DNA of 64,000 bases from positions 64,001-128,000 of the forward strand of contig CALSNU010000007.1 in NCBI GenBank assembly GCA_943787795.1, in the 5' to 3' direction. The notes beneath the pieces are model-generated. The model ran no database searches. It saw only the letters and a program-made list of their open reading frames with translations, and was not told where the DNA came from. The position numbers were made by a program, and so were the translations under genes. Source of the DNA: an uncultured bacterium (GTDB lineage: Bacteria; Planctomycetota; UBA1135; GCA-002686595). The stretch's first letter is position 1. Every line of letters begins with the position of its first letter. Of the stretch, positions 18,482-28,280 are shown in pieces.

Positions 18482-20482
18482 TCAGGGTCGCCGGACGACG
18501 AGCAGGGCGGTGGCCCCGAGGGCCGGATCGGGGCGCCCATCGAGGGAGGCCTCGATGGCGGCACGGGTCCTCGGTACCTCGCCGGTGAAGACCTCCTCTC
18601 CGTTCCAACGCACGGTGATGGCCTTGTCGAGGTCGATGAGCCGGTCATGAAGGAACAGGGTGAGCCGGGTCACGTCCGTGGAGCTGATCTCGATCAGCTG
18701 TTCCTCGACGGCCGCCTCGACCCGCGCCCTCGGGCTGCGATCGGCTTCCTCGGCGCCGAGCCAGTAGAGGCGGTCGTGGGCGACGTCGTCCTGGAGCCAG
18801 GTCACGCGGTCGGGCCAGGCGCGGCGGGTCCGGCTCGCCATCCACGGGAGGGCGACCCGGTCCTCACGCTGCATCCAGTGGCCCATCTCCGGGAAGATGG
18901 TCACCTCATGGTCATAGCCACCGGGGTCAGACTCCCGCAGCGCTGCGAGGGTGTCCTTCCAGCGCGCGGCGATCTTGTTGCGGTCGTAGGCCCCATCCTT
19001 GCCGCCCATGAAGAGCGCGAAGGGGAGGTTGCGGAGACCGTCTGGCTTCGTTTCGTTCGGGTGCCCCGCCATCATCGCGGCCGCGGCGAAGCGGTCGGCC
19101 ATGCGCGGCGCGAGCTGATAGACCCCGTCGCCGCCGGCCGAGTAACCCATCAGGTACACCCGGTCCGGATTGACCCCGCGCAGCGTCACGTAGGCGGTGA
19201 TCAGCCGGTCGAAGAGCGGATCGATATGCCCCTGGTGCCAGAGGTTCCAGGTGTCAGAGGGGGCGCGGGGTGCCACGTAGATCCCCTCGGCGGGCTCGTA
19301 GAGCTTGATCTGGTTCTCCCACTGCCCGTCGTTGACCTCGGCGGGAGCCCCGCCGCCGCCGTGCATCGAGATCCAGAGGCTGTGCCCGCGCTCCGGTGCA
19401 CTGCCGAAGACGCGCTCCTTGACACGCAGGGTCTGCCCGGCGGCCTTATAGGCCTTGGCCTCGGCCTCCCCGGAGAGGGCTTCGCTCAGGGCCTGCTTGC
19501 GCTCCTTCCAGATCTCCATCAGGAGGCGTTGAGAGGCCTCCTCGCCGAGCGGCTCCAGGCTCCCTGCCAGCTCATCGAGCGCGTCGGCGACCTTCTCGTC
19601 GTCTCCGACGTAGCGGGAGGTCACCTCGACGGCGGCCACGCTGGCGTCGCGAGGAGCCCAGGCGAGGGGGAAGGGGGTCCCGGAGGCGGCCCAGCTAGAG
19701 GCCCAGACGCCGTGCTTCACGTCTCCGGCGGTGGCCTGTGCGGCGTCCGCCACGAACCAGCCCCGGTTGAGCCCCTTGGCGTCGAACTCGTCCGCGCCGG
19801 TGAACTGCCAGCGCCCATCCACCCAGACCTCGGGCCAGGTGTGGTTGCCCCGGTCGTCATGCCAGAGGAAGACGCCCGCAGCGCGGGCAGGGATGCCGAC
19901 CGAACGGCAGGCCTCCACCAGGAGGATCGTGAGCCCCGTGCAGGTCGCGCGACCCTGCTCGATGGACTCCGTTGCGCAGGCGTTGGGGCGCTTGCGGCCC
20001 GTGTTGTAGTGGACCTTGATCTTGTCGTAGAGCTGGCGGTTGATGGCCTGCACTGCTTCCGAGGCGGTCTTGCTCTCGGCGACGATCGGGGCCGTCAGCT
20101 CGAGGAGCATGGGCCGCCAGCTCTCACGCTTCTCGTCGAGGATGGCGTAGGGCAAGACGTCGTTCAGGAACAGCTCGTTGGGGACGTCCTTGGCCCATGG
20201 GAAGCGAGCGCGGGCCTCGAACGCGAGGCGGAGGTTCTCGGCGAGGAGGTCGGCGGGCAGGGTCGCGTCACGTTCGGGACGGTGCCGGCGAAGGAAGCGC
20301 GCCGCTTCGAGCCCCGGCTCGCCATACTTGGTCTCTGCGAAGGCCTCGAGGGCCCCCCAGCCATCTTCCTGTTGCGCTCCTTGGGGCGCTGGAGCCCCTT
20401 TGAGGAGGAGATCGTGGGCAGGCTGGACTGCAGGCGCGCTCGCTGAGATCAGCGGCGCCACTTGGAGGAGGGCGAGGAGCAT
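18482..20482 (-). CDS. Secreted transglutaminase-like domain plus alpha/beta-hydrolase fusion
   Basis: TCTGLTILLVEACRSVGIPAR...NHTWPEVW and RVYLMGYSAGG nucleophile elbow, MGHW. Confidence 0.8.
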   Translation of the reverse strand: MLLALLQVAPLISASAPAVQPAHDLLLKGAPAPQGAQQEDGWGALEAFAETKYGEPGLEAARFLRRHRPERDATLPADLLAENLRLAFEARARFPWAKDVPNELFLNDVLPYAILDEKRESWRPMLLELTAPIVAESKTASEAVQAINRQLYDKIKVHYNTGRKRPNACATESIEQGRATCTGLTILLVEACRSVGIPARAAGVFLWHDDRGNHTWPEVWVDGRWQFTGADEFDAKGLNRGWFVADAAQATAGDVKHGVWASSWAASGTPFPLAWAPRDASVAAVEVTSRYVGDDEKVADALDELAGSLEPLGEEASQRLLMEIWKERKQALSEALSGEAEAKAYKAAGQTLRVKERVFGSAPERGHSLWISMHGGGGAPAEVNDGQWENQIKLYEPAEGIYVAPRAPSDTWNLWHQGHIDPLFDRLITAYVTLRGVNPDRVYLMGYSAGGDGVYQLAPRMADRFAAAAMMAGHPNETKPDGLRNLPFALFMGGKDGAYDRNKIAARWKDTLAALRESDPGGYDHEVTIFPEMGHWMQREDRVALPWMASRTRRAWPDRVTWLQDDVAHDRLYWLGAEEADRSPRARVEAAVEEQLIEISSTDVTRLTLFLHDRLIDLDKAITVRWNGEEVFTGEVPRTRAAIEASLDGRPDPALGATALLVVRRP

Positions 20483-20700
20483 GGCCGGAGCCTATCAGCC
20501 TCGCCGGGATCTGCGGGTCAGCGGGGTAGACCCTGCTCCCGGCGGCGAGCCTCAAGGGTCCAGTCAGACCTATCGCTGGGGTCACCCAGGCCCGGCATCA
20601 GGGTCGCCCAGGCCCCGCCGTCCGCCGGCGCTCTCCGTAACGAAGTCTGCCGCAGCGCTCCCCGTGGGCTCGCTGCGGTTGGTGTGGGACTCGTCCTCGT

Positions 20701-21033
20701 TCAGACGGAGTCGCTCAGAAGGCGTTCCGCCGCGCGGGCCAGACGATCGCGATCGAAGAGAGTGCCGTCCTCGACGGCAGCTCGAAGCTGGGCGATCCGC
20801 TCGCTGCGGCCGCTGCTTGCTTCCTCGACGAAGTTCTTCGCACCTTCGGACAGTTCGATGGAGTCCAGGCTCTTGCCCAGCTGCTCGGTCTGTTCCTGGC
20901 GGTCTTCTACGCTCTTTCTGACTCGGTCAACGGTCTCTTGGAGCTCCGCGTTCCGCGACTCCGTTACCTGCCGGATGTCGGCATAACGGTTCGCGGGCGG
21001 GAGATCGCCTTGGTTGTTGTTCCTGAGTTCCAT
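20701..21033 (-). CDS. flgM: Anti-sigma28 factor FlgM
   Basis: DSIELSEGA...RSERIAQLRAAVEDGT...AAERLL; AGGAGG RBS; upstream sigma28 promoter. Confidence 0.8.
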   Translation of the reverse strand: MELRNNNQGDLPPANRYADIRQVTESRNAELQETVDRVRKSVEDRQEQTEQLGKSLDSIELSEGAKNFVEEASSGRSERIAQLRAAVEDGTLFDRDRLARAAERLLSDSV

Positions 21034-21140
21034 GGTGTCCCCTCCTGGGAGGGCGCTCGCGGGGCGAGCAGTGAACCGACCAGACGGTCGGACTGATGAG
21101 CGGGCTTCTTTGTGGCACGAAGAAGATTCCGCCAGGGGGT

Positions 21141-21167
21141 TGATCGGAATCTGACGGCATAGCTTGA
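21141..21167 (-). promoter_or_regulatory. Sigma28 promoter of flgM
   Basis: Minus strand TCAAG-N14-TCCGATCA; same -35 and spacing as the fliD promoter. Confidence 0.7.
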
Positions 21168-21421
21168 GAACCAAATGGCGGAAAGCCCATGGACCCGTTC
21201 GGCCCCCCCCAGCAGACCCCAGCGGGGCGCCTGGGGTGTCTCATCAGCGGAGCGGCGTCGAACGCCCCAGGTGCCTCATTTCGAGCCACCGGCCCGGCCT
21301 GCCGAGAGCCCTGATTCCGGATCAGGGACAGGTCCTCCGATCGTCCCCGGTGGGCTTCAATCCGGGCGGGTTCCAGGTCGATCTTCTCGGTGAAGGCCGC
21401 CCAGGGCAGCCGTATTCAGAC

Positions 21422-21988
21422 ATGCAGAATAGCCAGGAGCAGCGCTTCTTCGGGCGCGCCGATGCCACCAGCCTGCTGGACATCGTGTCCGAGGAGTTCG
21501 CCGACACGATTGGGCTCGTGATGCCCTTCTCCCTCGAGGAGCCGCTCGTGTTGGACTCCGTCCAGCCCGGCCTCCCTGGCGCTGAAGAGGAGATCCGAGT
21601 GGCCTTCCGCCTCGGCTTCAAGACCCCGGCGGGGGCTCGGGCAGGCTTCATCCAGGTCCCTCTCGAGTACGCGTTGATCCTCTCTGGTGGGCTGCAGACC
21701 CTGCCAGCGGACGAGATCCGAGCGATGAGCGCGAGGAAGGCCCCGAACGAAGAGGACAAGGCCGCGATCCATGAGTGCGGAAAGATCCTGGGCTGCGCCA
21801 TCGATAGCCGGTTCAAGGCTCAAATCGGCCCGGAGTACGAGGTCATCTTTGCTGGATGTCAGGGGATCGGCCCGGGTGGGCTGCCCAGCCTCCCGGGTTA
21901 CGCGGGAGGGGCCTTCACCGCTCGTTGGCAGCAAGCAGGCTTCCCGGGCTTCGACCACTTTGAGTTGTTGATCGCGATCCCCTGCTGA
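21422..21988 (+). CDS. CheC/CheX-like protein with degenerate motif
   Basis: EDKAAIHECGKILGCA resembles the CheC D-x3-E-x2-N helix; divergent from flgM; start moved to 21422. Confidence 0.5.
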   Translation: MQNSQEQRFFGRADATSLLDIVSEEFADTIGLVMPFSLEEPLVLDSVQPGLPGAEEEIRVAFRLGFKTPAGARAGFIQVPLEYALILSGGLQTLPADEIRAMSARKAPNEEDKAAIHECGKILGCAIDSRFKAQIGPEYEVIFAGCQGIGPGGLPSLPGYAGGAFTARWQQAGFPGFDHFELLIAIPC

Positions 21989-22089
21989 GGGCCAGGTGCC
22001 TCGACCAGGGGCACCTCTATTGAGGGAGGTCGGGAGCGAGGCCGCCCTTCGGGTTGTGCGGTCGCCAGGCGCGACACACACTGGCGTGT

Positions 22090-24564
22090 ATGGCTCTCCG
22101 CTCTCATCTGGCCGCTGCCGGCCTCCTGCTGACCTTCCTGTCAGCCGCTGCCTACGCCTCAACCTCCCCGCGACCGCAGGACGCCGGGGACGGCAGGTCT
22201 TCCGAGGCGGACTACGTGATCCGCGCTCGCGTTGACGATGCCGAGCCGACAGATCTCGACGACGGGGTCCAGAAGCAGCTCAGCGGCACCATGAGCCTCA
22301 CCTGGCGCAATGGATCGGGTGAAGCGGTCAGCGACCTGTGGTTCCACCTCTACCTCAACGCCTACGCCAACAACCGAAGCCTCCACATGACCGAGGCCCA
22401 GGGGCGCCTCAAGGGGACCAAGGTCGACCGCGGCTTCGGCTGGCAGGAGATTCGATCCCTCAAGGTGGGCGATGTGGACCTCACGGACGCCCTGACGTTT
22501 CGCGTCCCCGATTCGCGGGCGCCGCTGGATCGGACGCTGTTCAGCGTCGACCTGCCCGAGCCCGTTCCGGCGGGTGGTGAGGTGACCGTGGAGATCGAGT
22601 GGGAGTCTCGTCTGCCGCGCGTCCGCCGCAGGACGGGGACCAAGGGCGACTTCATCTTCCTAAGCCACTGGTTCCCCAAGCTCGCCGTGTACGAGGGCGG
22701 CCGCGGCTGGAGAGCCCACCCGTTCTACATGAACACCGAGTTCTACGCGGACTACGGGACCTATGACGTGACCCTCGACCTGCCCGAGGAGTACACGGGC
22801 AAGATCGCGGCCTCCGGCAAGCGAGTCTCGGCTGAGGCGCTCCCCGACGGCAGGTATGCCGAGCGCTACATCGCCCCGGCGCCCGAGGACCAGACCTACG
22901 TGGACCCCGTGGCGGCCCGCGGATCCGGGCTCGCGCCCCGCGTCCACGGCTTCGCCTGGACCGCGGACCCCGACTACACCGTCTTCGAGCGGCCCTTCGT
23001 GTGGAACGAGTGGGCCAGCCGCCACGAGGCGGAGGTGGGCGAGGTGGCGAGCGCGCTTGGGCTCGAGCCCGCGGACCTCGTCGGGCGAGAGGTCCTGGTG
23101 AGGGTCATGGTCCACCCCGAGCACGCCTCACAGGCCGAGCGGCACTGGCGGGCGACCTGCGCCACGCTCTTCTATTACGGCCTCTGGTACGGGGCCTATC
23201 CCTACTCGGAGCTGACGGCCGTGGACCCGGCCTGGGGCGCCCGGGCGGCGGGAGGGATGGAGTATCCGACCATCTTCACCTGCGGCTCTCGGATGCTCAC
23301 CCGGCCGCGCATGTACACCCCGGAGTCGGTGACGGTGCACGAGGCCGGCCACCAGTTCTGGTACGGGCTGGTCGGTAACAACGAGCCCGAAGCCGCCTGG
23401 TTGGACGAGGGCTTCAACTCCTTCAGCGACAGCGAGACGCTCTTCCGCGAGTACGGCGCGCGGCGCGCCGCGTCGACCTACAGCGGCCTCCCCATGTGGG
23501 GGATCGCCCCCTCGGCGGCCCCGGGTTCCCGCTCCCTCGAGGGGACGGTCTCGCTCCAGAGCGTCGGGTTCCCTAACCCGATTCGGTTCGGCCTTGACCA
23601 GCTGGACGTGAGCGTCTCGAAGGACCTTCAGTGGCTCGTCCCCGGCGAGATCCAGGCGCGCCCCCTGACGGCCTCGCCCTTTGTGAAGTTCTGGCGTGAC
23701 CAGCCTCAGCTCACCTTTGTGGAGCAGGAGACGGACCCGCGCTGGGGCGACCGGTCGGGCTACCTCCGGGACCCGGAGTCGGACCCCATCGAGCGCAACG
23801 TCTGGGACTACGTCGACCGCGCCAGCTACAGCACCAACAGCTACCCGCACACGGCGGTGGCGCTGCGCTCGCTCCAGGCGCTGGTGGGCCGGGAGGCCTT
23901 CCTGCGCGGTATGCGCAAGTTCGCCCAGGACTGGCGCTACCGGCATCCCTACCCGGAGGACTTCTATCTCGCCTTCCAGGAGGGCGCAGACGCGGACATC
24001 CAGTGGTACTTCGAGGACGTCTTCCGCTCCACCAAGACCGTGGACTGGAGCTGCCAGGTGGCTCAGACGCGGGACCCCAAGTCCGCGGGGTGGTTTCGGT
24101 GTGACGATGGGTCCTGGACCTCGGATTGCTCGCCGGAGGCCCTGGCGAGCGCCGCCGAGGCTGCGGCGGACTCCGAGGAAGGCGAAGGCGAAGGCGACGC
24201 AGGCGCAGAGGAGCCCGAGAAGGCCAAGCGGCCCTGGGTACCGGACATCGTCCTCAGGCGGCGCGGCGACCTCGTGCTGCCCGTGAAGGTGCAGGTCACC
24301 TATGAGGACGGCGGCAAGGTCGACTTCGAGTGGACCCGTGAGATGCAGGGCGAGAAGAACTGGTGGCGACTGCCCATGGCGGCCGACGCGCGCAAGGTCA
24401 CCTCGGTGGTGATCGACCCTGAGCGGCTCTGGTTTCTTGATCGCAACATGACGGACAACCAGTGGTTCGCTGAGCGTGACAAGCTCGCGCCCTCAAGGTG
24501 GGGCGAGCGCGCGGCCGCGCGCGCGGCCAACGTCCTTCAGTGGTTCATGGCGGTGGGGGGCTGA
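22090..24564 (+). CDS. Secreted M1-family metalloaminopeptidase
   Basis: GGMEYP, HEAGH, WLDEG; signal peptide. Confidence 0.92.
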   Translation: MALRSHLAAAGLLLTFLSAAAYASTSPRPQDAGDGRSSEADYVIRARVDDAEPTDLDDGVQKQLSGTMSLTWRNGSGEAVSDLWFHLYLNAYANNRSLHMTEAQGRLKGTKVDRGFGWQEIRSLKVGDVDLTDALTFRVPDSRAPLDRTLFSVDLPEPVPAGGEVTVEIEWESRLPRVRRRTGTKGDFIFLSHWFPKLAVYEGGRGWRAHPFYMNTEFYADYGTYDVTLDLPEEYTGKIAASGKRVSAEALPDGRYAERYIAPAPEDQTYVDPVAARGSGLAPRVHGFAWTADPDYTVFERPFVWNEWASRHEAEVGEVASALGLEPADLVGREVLVRVMVHPEHASQAERHWRATCATLFYYGLWYGAYPYSELTAVDPAWGARAAGGMEYPTIFTCGSRMLTRPRMYTPESVTVHEAGHQFWYGLVGNNEPEAAWLDEGFNSFSDSETLFREYGARRAASTYSGLPMWGIAPSAAPGSRSLEGTVSLQSVGFPNPIRFGLDQLDVSVSKDLQWLVPGEIQARPLTASPFVKFWRDQPQLTFVEQETDPRWGDRSGYLRDPESDPIERNVWDYVDRASYSTNSYPHTAVALRSLQALVGREAFLRGMRKFAQDWRYRHPYPEDFYLAFQEGADADIQWYFEDVFRSTKTVDWSCQVAQTRDPKSAGWFRCDDGSWTSDCSPEALASAAEAAADSEEGEGEGDAGAEEPEKAKRPWVPDIVLRRRGDLVLPVKVQVTYEDGGKVDFEWTREMQGEKNWWRLPMAADARKVTSVVIDPERLWFLDRNMTDNQWFAERDKLAPSRWGERAAARAANVLQWFMAVGG

Positions 24565-24568
24565 TCTG

Positions 24569-25663
24569 ATGCCGAACTTCGACGAGAACATCGACCACGA
24601 CAACCACAGCCGCCCGGACTGGCGGTTGTTCCTGCGCGGCTTCCGAGCCGCGTTCTTCCGGACCAAGCTGTGGATCTGCACCTGGCTCTTCCTCCTGCTG
24701 CTGAGCCTCGTCCCGGCCTTCCAGACCGCGGCGTTCTTCAAGGGCGCTGTCGGGAGCCGCTACCCCTCCGCTGAGCTGGCGCGCGACCTGCACTCGAGCA
24801 TGGGCGCGCCGTCTACGGGGCTCGGCGCTGTCTTCCGCCAGGATCACGCGGACGGGCTGGCGCAGCTCAACAGCAGCGTGGCCAGCGGCGGCGCGGTGCT
24901 GGCGCTGATCGCGCTCCTGTTCGGAGTCTTCGCCGCCGGGGGCTGGCTCCAGGTCACCTTCGAGCAGCCCGAACGCCAGACCCTGCGTCGGTTCGGGTTC
25001 GGCGGCGCGCGTTACTTCGGCCGCATGCTGCGCGTCGCGCTGATGACCCTGGCAGCCCTCGCCCTCGTCCATTGGTTGCTCTACGGCGACCCCTGGAAGC
25101 GGCTCGTGCTGGGCTGGATCATGGACGTCCCCGCGAGCGACTGGGGCAAGCTCGAGACCCTGGAGTCCGAGCAGACCGTCGTGCAGCTCCGTTGGCTCCA
25201 GGACGGCCTCGCCGCCATCGGGTTCATGAAGGTCATGGCCTGGGTGATCTACACCCGCACCCGACTGGTGCTCCGGGACAGCCGCTCCGTCCTCGTCGCG
25301 GCGTGTGCGACGTGGTGGACGATGGTCAAGCATCCCGTTCAGACCATGCGGCCGCTGGCGCTTCTCCTCCTCCTGGAGGCGATCTTCGTCGTCGCGGTGC
25401 TGGGGTGGTGGCACGGGAGGCTCGAGGCCGGCTTCGAGGCCGATCCGACCTTCTGGCGTCTCGCGGCCATCGGCGGCGTGGCCCAGCTCGCCATCATCTG
25501 GCGTCAGATCACGCGCGGTGCCTACTACCACTGCGCGGGTCGCGTCAGCCAGGCGCTCATCGCGCCCAATGATGCCCACCCTGACCCCTGGTCCGGGACC
25601 ATCGGTGGGCCTGGCGGGCCGCAGTACCCGGTCAACGACGACGGGTACCACGTCTCCGTGTAG
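24569..25663 (+). CDS. Hypothetical multi-pass membrane protein
   Basis: About 6 hydrophobic segments; 4 nt after the peptidase stop. Confidence 0.75.
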   Translation: MPNFDENIDHDNHSRPDWRLFLRGFRAAFFRTKLWICTWLFLLLLSLVPAFQTAAFFKGAVGSRYPSAELARDLHSSMGAPSTGLGAVFRQDHADGLAQLNSSVASGGAVLALIALLFGVFAAGGWLQVTFEQPERQTLRRFGFGGARYFGRMLRVALMTLAALALVHWLLYGDPWKRLVLGWIMDVPASDWGKLETLESEQTVVQLRWLQDGLAAIGFMKVMAWVIYTRTRLVLRDSRSVLVAACATWWTMVKHPVQTMRPLALLLLLEAIFVVAVLGWWHGRLEAGFEADPTFWRLAAIGGVAQLAIIWRQITRGAYYHCAGRVSQALIAPNDAHPDPWSGTIGGPGGPQYPVNDDGYHVSV

Positions 25664-25699
25664 GGCGCTGGACCTTCGGGGCGGCCGGGCGGCTCCTGT

Positions 25700-27136
25700 T
25701 CAGGAGCCGTCCCGGGTGCCCTCCAAGGCGGGCTCGAAGGCGGGCTCAGGCTGCGAGGGCACCGGCGCGTGGACCGCCGCTCGCCAGCGGATGAGGTCGG
25801 CGTGCATGGCGGCGGTCCGTTCAGGGTCGTCCTCGGCGAGGTCCGTGCGCTCCAGCGGATCGGTCTCGAGGTCGTAGAGCTCGAGTCGTGGCGACGTCGC
25901 GGAGCCCGGATGGAAGAACTCGACGAGCTTCCAACGCCCGGCTCTGAGGACGCCGCCGGGCGTGGTGCGGAAGTGCTCGAAGCGGTCGCTCTTGCCCTGC
26001 AAGTAGCAGGGAAAGTGCCAGAAGAGCGGCCGCGGGGCGGGGGCGATTCGGTCCGCGAAGAGCCCCGTGAGATCGATACCGTCGAGCGCTGCGTCACCCC
26101 TCGGCTCGGCACCTGCCAGGGCGAGCAGGGTCGGGAGCAGGTCGACGTGATGGACGGGAGAGTGCTCGACTCCGGGTTCGACACGGCCGGGCCAGCGAAC
26201 GATCCAGGGGACGCGGACGCCGCCTTCGTCGAGGGTGCCCTTGTACCCACGGAGGATGTCGCGGTTCGTCACAGGCATGTGTCCGCCGTTGTCGGAGGTG
26301 AAGATCACGACCGTGTCCTGCGCGAGGTCCGCTTCCTCGAGGGCGGCGAGGAGGCGGCCTACCTCGTGGTCAAGGGCCTCCACCATGGCCGCGTACTTGG
26401 CGCTCTTCACGCCGGCGGCGCGCCGCTCGGCGACCCGCTCAGGTGGCGCCTGCAGCGGGGTGTGCACCGAGTAGTAGGCGAGGTGCATCAGGAACGGCGG
26501 CTCCATTCGCCCGACGAGTTGGATCGCCTCGTCGGTGAGCCTCGTGGTCAGGTATTCCCCCTCGGGCCCGTCCTCGAGGTCGGCGTTCTTGTAGGGCGAG
26601 AAGTAGCTCTTGGGGTGTCCGGCCTTGTTCCCCGCGACGTTGAAGTCGTAGCCCTGGGAGGTCGGATCGGGTCCGAGGTGCCACTTGCCGAGGTGCGCGG
26701 TTGAGTATCCGACGGGCCCCAGGTGTTCGGCGAGGGTGACCTCCGCGTCGGCCAGCGTCACGGTGTTCTGTACGGGGATGAGCTCTCGCTGCGGGGGCTT
26801 ACCGCGGGCCGCTGTTCCCACGGTGTAGACGCCGTGGCGCGGCGTGGTACGCCCGGTCTGCAGGCAGGCCCGGCTCGGGGCGCAGTTGGGGGCGGCGGCG
26901 TAACCGTTGGTCAGGACGAGGCCCTCGGACGCGAGGCGGGCGATGTTGGGCGTCCTGTGTTGCTCGCGGCCGCCGATACCTGGGAGCGCAGCGCCGAGGT
27001 CGCCGTATCCAAGGTCATCTACGAGGACGATCAGGAAGTTGGGCCTTGGCGCCTCTGGCTCTGACGCCGTGATGGGGGCGGACTGGGGAGCGGGCTGGGG
27101 GGCGAACGCAAGGCTGAGCAGGAGGGTGGAGAGCAT
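25700..27136 (-). CDS. Formylglycine-dependent sulfatase (Cys type)
   Basis: PNFLIVLVDDLG, CAPSR, GKWHLG, FTSDNG. Confidence 0.95.
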   Translation of the reverse strand: MLSTLLLSLAFAPQPAPQSAPITASEPEAPRPNFLIVLVDDLGYGDLGAALPGIGGREQHRTPNIARLASEGLVLTNGYAAAPNCAPSRACLQTGRTTPRHGVYTVGTAARGKPPQRELIPVQNTVTLADAEVTLAEHLGPVGYSTAHLGKWHLGPDPTSQGYDFNVAGNKAGHPKSYFSPYKNADLEDGPEGEYLTTRLTDEAIQLVGRMEPPFLMHLAYYSVHTPLQAPPERVAERRAAGVKSAKYAAMVEALDHEVGRLLAALEEADLAQDTVVIFTSDNGGHMPVTNRDILRGYKGTLDEGGVRVPWIVRWPGRVEPGVEHSPVHHVDLLPTLLALAGAEPRGDAALDGIDLTGLFADRIAPAPRPLFWHFPCYLQGKSDRFEHFRTTPGGVLRAGRWKLVEFFHPGSATSPRLELYDLETDPLERTDLAEDDPERTAAMHADLIRWRAAVHAPVPSQPEPAFEPALEGTRDGS

Positions 27137-27176
27137 CTCTCGCCCATCCTAGGGGGCCGGCTGCGATGCCGCTGGC

Positions 27177-27920
27177 TCAGCCGAGGGTTCGCGTGACGTA
27201 CTCCGCGAGGGCCCCCCTGACCTCATCGCTCGCCCACAGGGCGCGCACCTCCGCGCACGCGGCGGGGTCGAGGCCGGGCCCGCGCAGGACCTCGCGGGCT
27301 CTCTGCTTGGTGTAGGCGAAGCTCGAGGGGGGGATCGCAGCGAGGCGACGTGCGGTTTCGATGGCTCGGTCTTCGAGCTCCTCGGGCTCGACCACCTCGT
27401 CGATGAAGCCGAGCTCGAGCGCGTCCTCCATGCTGTGAACGGCGGCGTCGAGGAGCGCTCGCTGGAGGTTCTTGGGTCCGACCGAGAAGCGCACCAGCTC
27501 GACCGCGAGGGGCGGGAACGGGACGCCGACGGCGAGCTCAGGGACGCCCACGCGTCCCTTGCCGCGCGCGCCGAGGCGTCGGTCACCACAGCACGCGACC
27601 AGGCACCCGCCCGCGATGGCGTGACCGTTGCACGCGGTGACCAGGGGGCGGTCAGAGAACAAGAGCCGGGAGATGGCCCGGTCCAGGGCCGGCAGAAAGG
27701 CGTCGATGTACTCGGCCCCGCCGTCGACGAGCCGCTTGAGGTCGACCCCAGCGGAGAAGATGCTCCCGGTTCCGGTCAGGACACAGGCCCGTGCCTCGCT
27801 GGCCTCGAACTCGTCCATGGCGGAACAGAGCTCATCCAGGAGCTCGAGGTCGAGGGCGCTCGCCTTTCCGTGCGCGAGGCGGAGGAGGAGCACATCACCG
27901 TGGTCTTGGCGTTCGATCAT
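27177..27920 (-). CDS. Enoyl-CoA hydratase/isomerase family protein
   Basis: FSAGVDL, NGHAIAGG, GVPELAVG; start moved to 27920. Confidence 0.92.
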   Translation of the reverse strand: MIERQDHGDVLLLRLAHGKASALDLELLDELCSAMDEFEASEARACVLTGTGSIFSAGVDLKRLVDGGAEYIDAFLPALDRAISRLLFSDRPLVTACNGHAIAGGCLVACCGDRRLGARGKGRVGVPELAVGVPFPPLAVELVRFSVGPKNLQRALLDAAVHSMEDALELGFIDEVVEPEELEDRAIETARRLAAIPPSSFAYTKQRAREVLRGPGLDPAACAEVRALWASDEVRGALAEYVTRTLG

Positions 27921-28280
27921 GCCCCAGAGCCTAGCCAGCGGGAGTCGAGGCGCAGAGGGCTTGCCGCCAGAGGTCCCGTATCCGGGTTTCTCCGCAGTTC
28001 TGTGGGGAAATGGATGGAGTTCTGGGGGATCCCCGCCGAAGGTCCCCACAGAGGGCTCTGACCCTCGCGCCGCATTCGCCGCCCCAAGGGGCGCGCCCAC
28101 GCGGTTCATGTCATCGGGCCGCGCAGCAAAAGCGGTCCCGGCGCTTGACAGGATTTCCGGTCCGGACCCACGCGGTCTCGACTCGTATCGCGCCGCTTCA
28201 AACCACCGCTTTCTCCCGCGCTGTCGTTGGGATCAGCACACGCGCCGCCAACCAAGGCGGGCGCGTTCCCACGTATTTTC

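Noticed and set aside
18425..20446. Long antisense and alternate-frame ORFs such as this 673-aa one and 53178-54818
   Set aside because: Shadows of real genes in high-GC DNA, with no recognisable motifs
28145..28175. Perfect TTGACA upstream of the RhlE-like helicase
   Set aside because: No -10 element at 16-18 nt spacing
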